The notes: a model not told the origin generated them from the sequence alone. A DNA stretch of 64,000 nucleotides from Candidatus Sulfomarinibacteraceae bacterium (GCA_963796455.1 CAWCLO010000004.1:704001-768000), one strand, 5' to 3'; positions 40,422 to 51,027 are shown, counted from the stretch's first letter. Numbers and translations are program-made.

Positions 40422-41545
40422 AGATCCCGATTTTCGATCTCGAGAGAGTGCAATCTCTGTATGAGAATACCGTCGAATTCAATCTCACGGAAAGCGGTTT
40501 CCACCCATTGCGGCTCGACGAGATTCTGAGTCCGGATGAGCTCCGGGGCCTGTTGGAGATGCCCCTCGGCTATGGTCAGACCAACGGGTCGATTCCGACC
40601 CGGGAGGCGATTGCGCGTCTTTATGATGGCCAGAACGCCTCCAATGTCCTGGTCACCAACGGATCTTCCGAGGCCAATTTCGTGGCCTGCCACACCCTGC
40701 TCGAAGCCGGTGACGAAGTGGTGATGATGGTCCCCAATTACATGCAGATATGGGGAATCGTCGAGGAAATGGGGGCGAAGCCCCGCGCATTTCACCTCCG
40801 CGAAGAAAACGCCTGGGCCCCGGATCTCGATGAACTGCAACGCCTCGTCGGCCCGAAGACCAGGATGATCGCAGTCTGTAATCCGAACAACCCGACGGGA
40901 TATGCCCTGACCCCAGATGAGATGGACGCGATTGCCTCGATTGCCGATGGGGTGGGGGCATGGGTTTACGCCGACGAGGTATATCGCGGTGCCGAACTCG
41001 ACGATGTGGAGCGCCCGAGTTTTGTCGGTCGGGCCGAAAAGGTGATGGTCAACGGGGGGTTGTCCAAGGCTTACGCATTGCCGGGTCTGAGGCTCGGATG
41101 GTTGGTGGGCCCTGCGGATGTGATCACTGATACGTGGGCATACCATGATTACACGTCGATCGCCGCCGGGCTTCTTTCAAACCGGGTGGCGGAGATCGCT
41201 CTCGCTCCCTCGAACCGCAGGAAGATCCTCCATCGCAACCGTTCCATGCTGCGCCGCAACCTCGCCGTCATGAGCGATTGGCTCGGCCAGTGGGGAGACC
41301 GCTGTCACTTCGTCCCGCCGCAGGCCGGAGGGATGGCTTTTGTTCGCTACGATTTCGACATCAACTCGACCGAGCTGGCCGATTGGTTGCGAACCGACAA
41401 GAGTGTTTTCATTCTGGCCGGCGACTGCTATGGGATGGACCGCTTTTTCAGGATCGGAATCGGCGCCGATACCGCCTACCTCGAGGCCGGGCTGCAGCGG
41501 GTGGGAGATGCTCTGTCCGAGAGATTCTCCTCGTCTTCGGTCTGA
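40418..41545 (+). CDS. Class I/II PLP aminotransferase
   Basis: CNPNNPTG, ADEVY, GLSKAYALPGLRLGW; ATGA overlap with the dehydratase. Confidence 0.9.
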   Translation: MKIPIFDLERVQSLYENTVEFNLTESGFHPLRLDEILSPDELRGLLEMPLGYGQTNGSIPTREAIARLYDGQNASNVLVTNGSSEANFVACHTLLEAGDEVVMMVPNYMQIWGIVEEMGAKPRAFHLREENAWAPDLDELQRLVGPKTRMIAVCNPNNPTGYALTPDEMDAIASIADGVGAWVYADEVYRGAELDDVERPSFVGRAEKVMVNGGLSKAYALPGLRLGWLVGPADVITDTWAYHDYTSIAAGLLSNRVAEIALAPSNRRKILHRNRSMLRRNLAVMSDWLGQWGDRCHFVPPQAGGMAFVRYDFDINSTELADWLRTDKSVFILAGDCYGMDRFFRIGIGADTAYLEAGLQRVGDALSERFSSSSV

Positions 41546-41583
41546 GCGAAGGACTCCGCTCGACCGTCAACAAGCGGACGAAG

Positions 41584-42960
41584 TCATTCCGGAAGCCAAT
41601 TGGTCGGCGTTCTGTCAAGACTTCGGAATCTCTCCCACAATGCCGGCGCTTCGATCCGCGCGACCTCGGCGATGGCCATGGGATCGAGGGTGGTATGACG
41701 GAAGTCCTCGAGCAGAACCCGTCCGCGGGCGATGGTGTGGCGAACTGGTGCCTCAGCCGCACCATAGACCAGATGGCCGAAAATATTGGCGCTCCCGATG
41801 GGTGTCGGCGGCGGACAGTCGACGACGCAGAGATCGGCCGGCGCCTCAGCTACCAATTCACCGAGCAACGGTTCGTCAAAAAAACGCCTCGCCACCACTG
41901 CGTTCGTATGCAGAAGATGGGGGTGGGCGGCAAATCCAACCGTCGGATCGCGTCTTCCTCCCCTTTGAACCAGAAATGCGGCACGGAGCGCACGCAGCAT
42001 CGCCGATGACATGCCGTCGGTCCCGAGAGCTACGGTACAGCCCTCGGCTGCGGCCCGTTCCACATCGAGGCGGCCAACACCGTTGTTGGCGTTGGACTCG
42101 GGACAGTGGACGAGGACCGCGTCGTGGCCGGCCACTACCGCCCGGCCCTGAGAGGTCAGGTGGACGCCGTGAACGAGCAGGGCGCGTTCGTCCAGGAACC
42201 CCCTCTGTTCGAGACGCTGCAGCGGTGCGGCACCGAAGGAGAGCTCCGAGGCCTGGAAGTCGAGAGGGTCCTCAGCGAGATGGATGTGGCAGCCACAGCC
42301 ATCCGGTCTCCGCTCGGCAGCCTCGTCGAGGGTGTCGTCCGTCAGAGTGAAACTGGCGTGGAGCCCGATGGTTCCGCGGATCCGCGGGTTGTCGGCGTGT
42401 CGGTCGATGAAGCGGAGGTTTTCCACCAACCCGGCAATCGCCTCGTCGTGGCCGTTGCGGTCGGAAATCTCATAACAGAGCACTCCGGATAACCCCGCCT
42501 CCTCGAAGGTACGACCCATCACCGTCAGACTGCCCCTCAAACAAGACGGCGAAGCGTGGTGATCAAAAATCGTCGTACAACCCCAGCGGATGCTGTCGAC
42601 GGCTCCGAGCAATGCCGACAGGCGAACGTCTTCGATGGTGAGGGCGCGATCGAGCCGCCACCACAATCGTTCGAGGATCTCCCCGAAATCGGTGGTCGGC
42701 CCCATCGGCGAGAGTCCGCGGGCAAGGGCCGAATACAGGTGGTGGTGCAGATTGATCAGCCCGGGCATGATAAGACCGCCGTGGGCATCGATGGTCCGGG
42801 CATGCGGGTATCGCTCGAGAAGTTCCTCTTTCGTGCCGACGAAGGTGATGCGATCGCCCAGCCAGGCGACAGCGCCGTCTTCGATCACCTTCGGTTCGAG
42901 ACCTCCGGTCAGAACGACCCCGTTCGAGAGAGCGGTGATTTCTGTACGTGGAGGGCTCAC
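41584..42960 (-). CDS. ssnA: SsnA-like amidohydrolase
   Basis: PGLINLHHHLYSALARG, LWWRLDRAL, DHHASP, GLHASFTL, HIHLAE, PESNANNGVG; GTG overlaps the upstream stop. Confidence 0.85.
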   Translation of the reverse strand: MSPPRTEITALSNGVVLTGGLEPKVIEDGAVAWLGDRITFVGTKEELLERYPHARTIDAHGGLIMPGLINLHHHLYSALARGLSPMGPTTDFGEILERLWWRLDRALTIEDVRLSALLGAVDSIRWGCTTIFDHHASPSCLRGSLTVMGRTFEEAGLSGVLCYEISDRNGHDEAIAGLVENLRFIDRHADNPRIRGTIGLHASFTLTDDTLDEAAERRPDGCGCHIHLAEDPLDFQASELSFGAAPLQRLEQRGFLDERALLVHGVHLTSQGRAVVAGHDAVLVHCPESNANNGVGRLDVERAAAEGCTVALGTDGMSSAMLRALRAAFLVQRGGRRDPTVGFAAHPHLLHTNAVVARRFFDEPLLGELVAEAPADLCVVDCPPPTPIGSANIFGHLVYGAAEAPVRHTIARGRVLLEDFRHTTLDPMAIAEVARIEAPALWERFRSLDRTPTNWLPE

Positions 42961-44351
42961 GCGACGCCCCTCCGCACCCACTGACCGGTGCCGCTCGGGG
43001 CGAAAAGCTCGCTTCCATCCTCGTTTCGCTGAAAGACACACCGTCCCCGGACGTAAGTCGATCGGACCCGGCCCGCAAACTCGCGCCCTTCAAAAGGCGT
43101 GTAGCGGTTGAGGTTGTGCAGCCCTGCTGCCCGAACGGTCCACCGGGCGCGTTCGTCGAAGACCACGAAATCGGCGTCGCAGCCCTTCCGTAGGCGGCCT
43201 TTTCGGTGGTCGATTCCGAAGAAACGGGCGGGCTCCGAGGCGGTGATCTGGGTCAGCCGCTGAAGCGTGATTCGCCCACGGCAGAAACCTTCCGAATAAA
43301 GATATGGGAGCAGGAGCTCGACACCCGGAATTCCGCCATAGTCGGTCCAGAAAGAACCGGTCTCCTTTTCTTCCGGCCAACGACCGGCGGCGTGATCGGT
43401 GGCGACAAATGAGATTTCACCGGCGGCGACGCCCTGCCAAAGCCGTTCGCGGTCCGCCTCCGACTTGACCACCGGTGCGGTCTTGAGCATCGATCCGAGG
43501 CGTTCCAGATCATCGGTGGTGAATTCGAGGTATTGGGGGCAGGTTTCGGCGGATATGGGCAGACCCTCCTGGCGGGCGGCGGCGATCATATCGAGGGCGG
43601 CGCCGGATCCGAGGTGGACGATGTGGACCCTGGCGCCCGTCGTGCGGCAGGCTTCGACGGCCTGGGCAACCGCTGTTTCCTCAGCCGCCGACGGCCGGGA
43701 CGAGGCGTACGCCAGGGCGGAGTCGTCGCCACGAAGCTGCGCCTCCTTGCTGAGCTTTTCAACCAGGGACCGATCCTCGGCATGGATGCCGACCGGAACT
43801 CCGAGCCGTTTCGTTCGCGCCAGGACCTCAAGGACCTCGCTCGCGGTGAGATCTCTGAAAGTATCCATTCCGGAGAGCATATAGATCTTGATAGCCCCGA
43901 CGCCGGCGTCGACCAGTTCGTTCAGACGATCATCCCAACCCACTTCTGTGACGGCGTTGCCGGAAACACCACCCCACAATACGTAGTCAACATGGGCCTT
44001 TGATTTGATGATCCCGAGCTTGTTCTGCAGATTGGCGTCGCTGGTGACCGGTGGCAGAGAGGTGCAGGGCATGTCGGCCACACAGGTGACCCCACCCGCT
44101 GCCGCTGCCGCCGTTCCGCTTGCAAAATCTTCTCGGTGGGTGAAACCCGGATCGTCGAAATGAACATGGCCGTCGATGGCTCCCGGCAGGACCAGGGCGC
44201 CATCGAGGTTGACCCATTGTTCGTCGCCGGCCGCGGTGGCCGAGCCGGCAGGGACGATCTCCACGAAACGGCCGTCTTCGACGACCATTTCGACCATTTC
44301 GACCTCATTCTCGAGGACAGGGATCCGCAGATTGACAAATCGTGTTCGCAT
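42957..44351 (-). CDS. Cyclic amidohydrolase (allantoinase / hydantoinase-like)
   Basis: PGAIDGHVHFDDPG, AAAGGVT, HAED, ETCPQYL, ATDHA. Confidence 0.85.
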   Translation of the reverse strand: MRTRFVNLRIPVLENEVEMVEMVVEDGRFVEIVPAGSATAAGDEQWVNLDGALVLPGAIDGHVHFDDPGFTHREDFASGTAAAAAGGVTCVADMPCTSLPPVTSDANLQNKLGIIKSKAHVDYVLWGGVSGNAVTEVGWDDRLNELVDAGVGAIKIYMLSGMDTFRDLTASEVLEVLARTKRLGVPVGIHAEDRSLVEKLSKEAQLRGDDSALAYASSRPSAAEETAVAQAVEACRTTGARVHIVHLGSGAALDMIAAARQEGLPISAETCPQYLEFTTDDLERLGSMLKTAPVVKSEADRERLWQGVAAGEISFVATDHAAGRWPEEKETGSFWTDYGGIPGVELLLPYLYSEGFCRGRITLQRLTQITASEPARFFGIDHRKGRLRKGCDADFVVFDERARWTVRAAGLHNLNRYTPFEGREFAGRVRSTYVRGRCVFQRNEDGSELFAPSGTGQWVRRGVA

Positions 44352-44373
44352 GATGAGATCCAGTCTAAGGTAT

Positions 44374-47300
44374 TCAGTCCGCCTCAACCGCGATCAACGG
44401 AAACTCGGGCATCGAGTCGGAGAAGGATCGAAGCAGGGTGACCATGGTGCCGAGGGCAGTGGTATCGATCGCCTGATGCTCCTTGGAACTCTCCATGCGG
44501 TGGACTCGGAGTACTCGAAGCTCCTCTGGATCGAGAAGAACATCGATCGACGGTGTGACATATCGCAGACCTTCTTTGCTGCTCAAGAGCCGGTGCAGAG
44601 CGTCATCCCACCGGGCGTCAAGACCACGGAAACCCCGGTCCTCGACGAGCATGAAGGCGTTTTCGGTCTGTTCATCGAATTCGCCGCGGTGAAGGTACAT
44701 CCTCGGTTTGTCGAGCCACGGGCGGCCCTGAGTGGGACAGAACGTGACGCAGTTGCCACACTCGTTGCAGGCGTCGGTCAATACTGCGACCTGGGGGCCC
44801 TGAGCGACGGGAAAATCCTTCGAGCCTGTCTGCAGGCCATCGTCGTCGAGCTCTGGGATACCGAGGACATCGGGTCGAGCGTGATAGGTCATGATGGCGC
44901 GATTCGGGCACACCCCGTCGCAGGTGGAGCACATGAGGTCGCAATCAAGGCAGCGGGACGCTTCGGCCTGGGCGGCTGCCGGAGAAAGGGTCTGGATCAC
45001 CTCGGCAAATCCGTCGCGCCGTGCTGGCTCGAGCCTTGGGATCTCGATTCTGTCCTCGCTGCGCGCCCTTCTCTTGAGGATGTCGGTCCGATCGATTCCG
45101 GGCCAGGCCTTCGGCTCAATATCGTCTTTTCGGGGTTGACCACCGGCAAGGATCGCTTCGGCGATTCGGCGTCCGTCTCCACCCGCTTTGATGATGCTCG
45201 ACGGGCCGTCACCGACGATGTCGCCGCCCGCATAAACCCCGGGCAACGATGTCTCGAAGGTCACAGGGTCCACATCCACATATCCCTTCCGGTTGAGTCG
45301 TGGCAACGTGTCGCCGAAGAGCCGGAGGTCGGGCTGCTGGCCGATGGCGATGATCAGTGTGTCGAGCGCTACTTGACGTTCCCCGCCCGGCACGGCAGTT
45401 GGTCGCCGTCGTCCTGATGCGTCGGGTTCTCCGAGCTCCATCGTCGCCATTTCAACGGCCTCGAGGCGGCCTCCCTCGATGACCAGCCGAAGAGGCGCGG
45501 CAAGTTCCACCAGTTGTCCACCCTCGGCAAAAAGGTCCTCGAGTTCTTCGTTCTGGGCCGGCATTTCGGCCCGCGTCCGGCGATAGAAGACCGTGACCTC
45601 GCCGCCTGTCAACCGGACTGCGGTACGCGCGCAATCCATGGCCACATCACCGCCGCCGATCACGCCGACTCGTTGGCCGAGGGCGGGAGGGTCACCCTTC
45701 CTCGCGCCGCGCAAGAAATCGAGGCCATCGAGCACGGAGGTATTTTCCTCACCCTCGATCCCCAAGTGCAGACCGCGCCGAGCACCAGCGGCGATGACAA
45801 TCGCGGAGAAGCCCTCCTCGCGGAGTGTTTCGAGGGTAGTCTCGCGTCCGATCTCCTGGTTGTAACGAAATTCCGTGCCGAGGGCTGCGATGCGGTCGAT
45901 GTCGCGGTCGACCGCGTGGCTTGCCGCCCGGTAGTCCGGGATGGTGGCTGACACCATGCCTCCCGACGCCGGCCGCGCCTCGAAAACCGTTACCGACCGC
46001 CCCGCCCGGGCCAGAAAAGTGGCCGCAGCCAGCCCGCAGGGACCGGCACCGATGACGGCGGTTCGAGGAGCCTTCAGGGCCGGCTCAGTGGGGCGCGGAG
46101 GGGGGGCTTCCTGATCGGTGATGAATCGCTTGATCTCGCGGATTGCCAGCGGTTGATCCATGTGGGTTCGGAGGCAGACGGGTTCACATGGATTGTGGCA
46201 GGTGCGCCCGAGGATCGATGCCAGGGGATTGTCCTCGCGAGTCACTTCAGACGCCGCGGAAAAATCGCCGTCCCGAACCAGACGCATATAGGCCGGCACG
46301 TTTTGATCGACATCGCAGATGTCGGTACACGGTGCATCGATACAGTCGAAGAGACCAAGGCCTCGCCGGGTCTTGGTGTGGCTGCGCTCGAAGGCCTTTT
46401 TGTGAAGAGGTCTGCGGTCGACGACTTCCTCTGCCAGAATGCGGAGCTGGTATCGCGCGCCCTCGGTGGTGGTGCCGTCCGGCGCCCCGTGCCGGATGAA
46501 CTCGTCGATGGAGTCCGATCCGGATTGCCTCATCGCGTTCGTGATGTTGTCGAGGTATTGCCCGAGTCGCAGGTAGCCTCCGGGTTTGAGGAGGTCGGAA
46601 CACACGGTGACCGTCTTCATGCCGGCTCGCAGCAGCGATGCGACGTTGCCGGCGTCAGCCCCGCCCGAGAATGACATCAGCAGCGGGTGTCGCACTTCTT
46701 CGGCGAGACGGTGGGCGAGTTGCACCGTGAGAGCGTGCAACGGTCTCCCCGACAGATACATCGTTGTTTCAGCCGCATCGAAGACCGTGCGGTGGTTGCT
46801 GACTTCAAGGGTGTTGGTGAGTTTGACGCCAAACACCAGGTCCTCTTCGATGGCGGTGGTCTGGAGGTGGCGTATCAGCCTCAGGGCATCATCAAAAACC
46901 AGATCGTGGGCAAAGGCCTCATCGGTGATCTCGATTTCGGAAAAACCGAGATCTTCGTTGAGTGTCCGCCGCACGATCTTTGGACCAAGAAGGGTCGGGT
47001 TGAGTTTGACGCTGGTGTGGAGACCGCGATCCTTCATCAGGTATTCGGAGATCGCGCCGATTTCTTCCGGTGGACAGCCGTGCATGGTGGAAAGGGTCAC
47101 ATTGTCCGATAGCATCGACGGGACCCCGATGGAATCGACCTCCGGGAAGCTCTTCGAGACGGTGTCGATGGCGGCCGCGAGCTCGGGCCCGGAGTCCTCC
47201 ATCGTGTCGAGGAACCACTGCATGTTCGGCTGAAGGATGCCCTCGAGGTTGTAGCCGACGGAGAGGTTGAAGATCAGACCGGGATGGCTTCCGGGAAACC

Positions 47301-47715
47301 CGAGGTGTTGATGGAGGGCGTGGATCAGGACCCAGGCGTGGAGGTATTCCCGAAACGACTGTTCCACCCTCAGTTCCTGTGACCACTCCACGTTGTAGCC
47401 CTCGTCCTGCATGTCGATACAGGGCTTCGGGACCTCGAGCTGATCCAGGGTCTGGACGGTCTTGAGTTCGATGAAGCGGGCGCCACAGAGCCAGGCGACG
47501 ATGATGTTCTGCGCGAGCTGCGAATGGGGTCCGGCGGCGACTCCGAGCGGGTTCTCGAGCTTGCGGTCATAGACTTCGACCGCAAATGGATCACGATCGG
47601 AGGGCACAAAAAAGAGATCTCGTGGAATGCCGAAAACCGAGCCTTTTGAATCGAGCTCTTCGGCGATCCAGGTGCTGAGTTGTTGCAACGAGAGGGGGTG
47701 AAAACGGTCCGACAT
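44374..47715 (-). CDS. ygfK: YgfK-like Fe-S flavoprotein ('putative selenate reductase subunit')
   Basis: GVAAGPHSQLAQNI, KPCID, STMHGCPPEEI, VKLNPTLLG, GVKLTNTL, GltD-like FAD/NADPH domain, C-terminal ferredoxin Cys clusters. Confidence 0.9.
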   Translation of the reverse strand: MSDRFHPLSLQQLSTWIAEELDSKGSVFGIPRDLFFVPSDRDPFAVEVYDRKLENPLGVAAGPHSQLAQNIIVAWLCGARFIELKTVQTLDQLEVPKPCIDMQDEGYNVEWSQELRVEQSFREYLHAWVLIHALHQHLGFPGSHPGLIFNLSVGYNLEGILQPNMQWFLDTMEDSGPELAAAIDTVSKSFPEVDSIGVPSMLSDNVTLSTMHGCPPEEIGAISEYLMKDRGLHTSVKLNPTLLGPKIVRRTLNEDLGFSEIEITDEAFAHDLVFDDALRLIRHLQTTAIEEDLVFGVKLTNTLEVSNHRTVFDAAETTMYLSGRPLHALTVQLAHRLAEEVRHPLLMSFSGGADAGNVASLLRAGMKTVTVCSDLLKPGGYLRLGQYLDNITNAMRQSGSDSIDEFIRHGAPDGTTTEGARYQLRILAEEVVDRRPLHKKAFERSHTKTRRGLGLFDCIDAPCTDICDVDQNVPAYMRLVRDGDFSAASEVTREDNPLASILGRTCHNPCEPVCLRTHMDQPLAIREIKRFITDQEAPPPRPTEPALKAPRTAVIGAGPCGLAAATFLARAGRSVTVFEARPASGGMVSATIPDYRAASHAVDRDIDRIAALGTEFRYNQEIGRETTLETLREEGFSAIVIAAGARRGLHLGIEGEENTSVLDGLDFLRGARKGDPPALGQRVGVIGGGDVAMDCARTAVRLTGGEVTVFYRRTRAEMPAQNEELEDLFAEGGQLVELAAPLRLVIEGGRLEAVEMATMELGEPDASGRRRPTAVPGGERQVALDTLIIAIGQQPDLRLFGDTLPRLNRKGYVDVDPVTFETSLPGVYAGGDIVGDGPSSIIKAGGDGRRIAEAILAGGQPRKDDIEPKAWPGIDRTDILKRRARSEDRIEIPRLEPARRDGFAEVIQTLSPAAAQAEASRCLDCDLMCSTCDGVCPNRAIMTYHARPDVLGIPELDDDGLQTGSKDFPVAQGPQVAVLTDACNECGNCVTFCPTQGRPWLDKPRMYLHRGEFDEQTENAFMLVEDRGFRGLDARWDDALHRLLSSKEGLRYVTPSIDVLLDPEELRVLRVHRMESSKEHQAIDTTALGTMVTLLRSFSDSMPEFPLIAVEAD

Positions 47716-47722
47716 GAAGCGA

Positions 47723-48874
47723 CTACCGGCCGCGCTTGTTGGCGAACATCCGTCGATCGGCCTCTTCGAGAACCGAGGTGGGGTCCCCACCCGGGAAGAG
47801 TTCGGCGACCCCGCTCGCGATGGAGAATGGTGGCGAATCATCTCCGTGGCGCCGCAGCGCCTCCCGGATGGCGGCGATTCGAGTCTTCGCGCTGGTCTGG
47901 TCCATGCTTGGAGCTACCACCAGGAATTCATCGCCACCCCAGCGGATGATGTGGTCTTCGGGGCGGAATTGATCGGTGAGCAGGCCGCCGAGCCGCTGCA
48001 GGGCGGCGTCACCGACCCGATGACCAAAGAGGTCGTTGATCTGTTTGAAATCGTTGATGTCGATAAAAATGATCGCTCCTCCGGTTTCCAGAACCGCGTC
48101 CATGGCCTTGCGCAGGCTGCGGCGATTGGCGAGATTTGTAAGAGGGTCGGTATCGACCAGGCGGCTCAGACGTTGTTGCGATTCGAGGAGCTCTCGGTTG
48201 GCGTAGTGCAGGAGTTCTTCGCGCCGGTCGGTGAGCACCGCGATACAGGCCAGACCGAGCACCAGTTCCACCCAGGCATCGATGAACGATGAGTAATTGA
48301 TATAGGCGAAGCCCTTTTGGTTGCCCCATAAGCCCGGCAGCAGCAAAGCCGCCGAGAACAGAAAGAGCGCTCCTTCCAACAACAGCGCCCAGCCGAGCCA
48401 TCGTGATACCAGCGAGCGCGGATTGCGCAGCACCGTCAATCCACCGGCCCCGAATACCAGACCGATCAACAGGCTTTCGGCGAGTTGCGCGTTCCACAGG
48501 TGGGGGACGGCAAAACCGAGCAGAAGGCTCCACAGGGCGATAAAAACCGTCAAAAACGTCGGCGAGACACGCGGTTCCGTCCCCGGCCGGAGGTGGTGGC
48601 GGGCGCCCGAAACGATCAGAATCGCAAAGACCGCCTTGCCGGCGAGGTAGAAAACCAATGCCAGGCGATGACCCGGCAACGGGATGTCGGCGTAGGCGTG
48701 GACGAATACAGCGGCGAGAGCCAAGGCGTTGGCCAGCCAGGCGAAGGTCCACAGTCGGACCTCGCGCAATCGGACAATCTGGCCGAGCAGCAGGAAGTAG
48801 CTGAAGAGACAAACCACCACCGAGAATTGAACGGCAATCGAGAGACGGTTGAGGATGATGGTGATGTCTTCCAT
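47723..48874 (-). CDS. Membrane-bound diguanylate cyclase (about 7 TM plus GGDEF)
   Basis: TDPLTNLANRR, DINDFKQIND.FGH, RPED I-site, intact GGDEF; start reset to ATG 48874. Confidence 0.92.
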   Translation of the reverse strand: MEDITIILNRLSIAVQFSVVVCLFSYFLLLGQIVRLREVRLWTFAWLANALALAAVFVHAYADIPLPGHRLALVFYLAGKAVFAILIVSGARHHLRPGTEPRVSPTFLTVFIALWSLLLGFAVPHLWNAQLAESLLIGLVFGAGGLTVLRNPRSLVSRWLGWALLLEGALFLFSAALLLPGLWGNQKGFAYINYSSFIDAWVELVLGLACIAVLTDRREELLHYANRELLESQQRLSRLVDTDPLTNLANRRSLRKAMDAVLETGGAIIFIDINDFKQINDLFGHRVGDAALQRLGGLLTDQFRPEDHIIRWGGDEFLVVAPSMDQTSAKTRIAAIREALRRHGDDSPPFSIASGVAELFPGGDPTSVLEEADRRMFANKRGR

Positions 48875-48903
48875 GAGCCTGTGTTCACTATACCTGCGCT
48901 CGC

Positions 48904-49031
48904 GCAGAGGAGCAGAGGAGCAGAGGAGCAGAGGAGCAGAGGAGCAGAGGAGCAGAGGAGCAGAGGAGCAGAGGAGCAGAGGAGCAGAGGAGCAGAGGAG
49001 CAGAGGAGCAGAGGAGCAGAGGAGCAGAGGA
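48904..49031. repeat. Perfect 8-bp tandem repeat (GCAGAGGA) x16
   Basis: Counted directly. Confidence 0.97.
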
Positions 49032-49119
49032 GACCCCGCCCTTATCACGAACGACGAGCCGGCAAGGCCCGCTTAATTCTTTCGGGAACAGTATCGGGAT
49101 CGGGAACGGCACTATCGTT

Positions 49120-49248
49120 CAAGATGTCATCCTGAGGGAGGCCGTCCGACGGCCGATTCGAAGGATCTGCGGTTCACGGGCGTTTCAATCCATCTCATAG
49201 ATCCTTCGACTACGCCCCAGGGCGGGCTCCGCTCAGGATGACATCTTG
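49120..49248. repeat. REP-like palindromic element, copy 2
   Basis: 17-bp terminal inverted repeat CAAGATGTCATCCTGAG/CTCAGGATGACATCTTG and inner TCGAAGGATCT/AGATCCTTCGA; homologous to 17423-17543. Confidence 0.88.
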
Positions 49249-49601
49249 GGGCGGCATGGGCGCCCATTGGGCATCTGAGTCGCGTGTTCCGCTGAGGATG
49301 GCATCGCGGGGCGACGTTCACATCCGTGGGATACTCGTGATGGGTGGATCTTCCTTTCGGGAACAGGATCGGGATCGGAGAGGGTGGACCGGCGATCTCC
49401 CTTTCCACCTTTCTCCCTTGCTCCCTTTTCCCTTTTCCCCTCCGCCACGTTGGAGGCCGGTTCTCCATTCGGGATCGATAGCGGGAGCGGTTGGGTGCAC
49501 GGGGGATGGTGATATCGAATATTCCCTGTCTCTCTAGAATCGTTCCGGTGTTATTCTCGACCGGAATACAGATATTGAAAACTCGGATGAGTCGGAGAGA
49601 A

Positions 49602-50942
49602 ATGGATTCTCGTCGATCGTATCTCGGGATAGTGTTTTGTTTTTTGATCATCGGGTCGATCTCTGAAGCCGAGACTCTGGTGGTGTCATCCGCATCGGAC
49701 CGCGGTCCGGGTTCCTTGAGGAATGCCATCATTCTTGCAGACTCTAACGGAGAAGCGGATGTCATCGAGTTTCAAGACGATATGACGATCGTTCTCGATT
49801 CGCCGTTCCCAACCATCACATCTGAAATCAGGATCCTCGGGAGGGGTTGGGAGCGAACGGTGATCGATGGAGGTGCATCTCGGATTGGCGGGCGGGGCGT
49901 TGCACTGTTCGATATTTCCACCGGTGGTGCCCTCGAACTCGACGGCGTCATGTTGCAAAACGCGGACAGCTCGTGGGAGGACGGCTCAACGGTCTGGAAC
50001 CGCGGATCGTTCGAGTTCCGCAACAGCCGGGCCGAGCGTAACGATGCCCGCTACGGGGGCATCTTTGCGACAACCGATGGTGGCGATAGCCGCTTTTTCC
50101 AATCGACGATTTCGGAAAACAACTGCGAAGCAGGACCTGATTCCTTCGAGGGCGTGATCCTTCTGAAATCAGGTGCGGTTTTGATCGAAGCATGCCTGAT
50201 TGCAGACAATTTGTGTTCCGAACCGGGGATTGGGGTCGCCGCCGTCGTCAACCTTTCAGGAGTTCTCGATATCAAAGAGTCGCTACTGGAGGGGAACAGG
50301 GGTGATCTGGGAGGCGCCGTCAGCACGGGAGGCACGACTCGGATTGTGAATTCAACTCTGAGCGGCAACCGGGCCGAATCAGGAAGCGCGATTTATCATA
50401 TGGCGGGTGAGCTCGCGATAGGATTCTCCACCATTGCAGGAAATCGAACCACGACCGGGGGTGCGATCCATTCTTCAGGATCTGTGAGGCCGATCATTCA
50501 GATGAACATCATCGCCGGGAACATCGGGCCCAACTGTGGCGGGGGAGGGGTGAAGTCCCGCTGGTTCAATATCGAGGACAGTAACGATTGCAGGCTTGAT
50601 GGAAATGGTGATCAAATCCACACCAATCCCATGATCGGCCCATTGGCAGCCAATGGGGGCTTGACCGACACATATTCGTTGCTGCAGGGGAGTCCTGCAA
50701 TTGACGGCGGCGATCCAAACGAATGTAGATGGGACTGGGACGGGCATCCCGCGTCTCCCGACGATCCTGTGGACTGGGATCAGCGCGGTGCCTTCCGACC
50801 GACCGACGGCGACGCAAATGGGACAGCTATCTGTGACGTGGGTGCGTTCGAGAATCCGGCCGCCGCTATGCAGCCGTTCTTTGTTGACGGTTTCGAGTCC
50901 GGCAGCGCATTCGCCTGGTCCGCGGTGGTCAACGCCAACTGA
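49602..50942 (+). CDS. Secreted beta-helix / choice-of-anchor-Q-like protein
   Basis: Signal peptide, GPGSLRNAI, repeated 'NSTLSGN..GGA', 'GPLAANGGLT..SPAIDGG..DQRG..CDVGAFE', terminal FVDGFESG. Confidence 0.82.
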   Translation: MDSRRSYLGIVFCFLIIGSISEAETLVVSSASDRGPGSLRNAIILADSNGEADVIEFQDDMTIVLDSPFPTITSEIRILGRGWERTVIDGGASRIGGRGVALFDISTGGALELDGVMLQNADSSWEDGSTVWNRGSFEFRNSRAERNDARYGGIFATTDGGDSRFFQSTISENNCEAGPDSFEGVILLKSGAVLIEACLIADNLCSEPGIGVAAVVNLSGVLDIKESLLEGNRGDLGGAVSTGGTTRIVNSTLSGNRAESGSAIYHMAGELAIGFSTIAGNRTTTGGAIHSSGSVRPIIQMNIIAGNIGPNCGGGGVKSRWFNIEDSNDCRLDGNGDQIHTNPMIGPLAANGGLTDTYSLLQGSPAIDGGDPNECRWDWDGHPASPDDPVDWDQRGAFRPTDGDANGTAICDVGAFENPAAAMQPFFVDGFESGSAFAWSAVVNAN

Positions 50943-51027
50943 TCGATCAATTAACGGGTTCGAAAATTACCGATGCTGTCTCGGTGCTGCCGCGCCCGGT
51001 TCGACCACGATGCTATTCTCGGCGACA

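Noticed and set aside
48904..49031. Tandem arrays (also 753-800 and 17341-17395) as CRISPR
   Set aside because: No spacers, 8-bp units, no cas genes
48875..49048. N-terminal (LLCSSAPL)n extension of the GGDEF ORF and AEEQRSRG-repeat ORFs on the + strand
   Set aside because: These are translations of the 8-bp DNA repeat; the protein plausibly starts at ATG 48874
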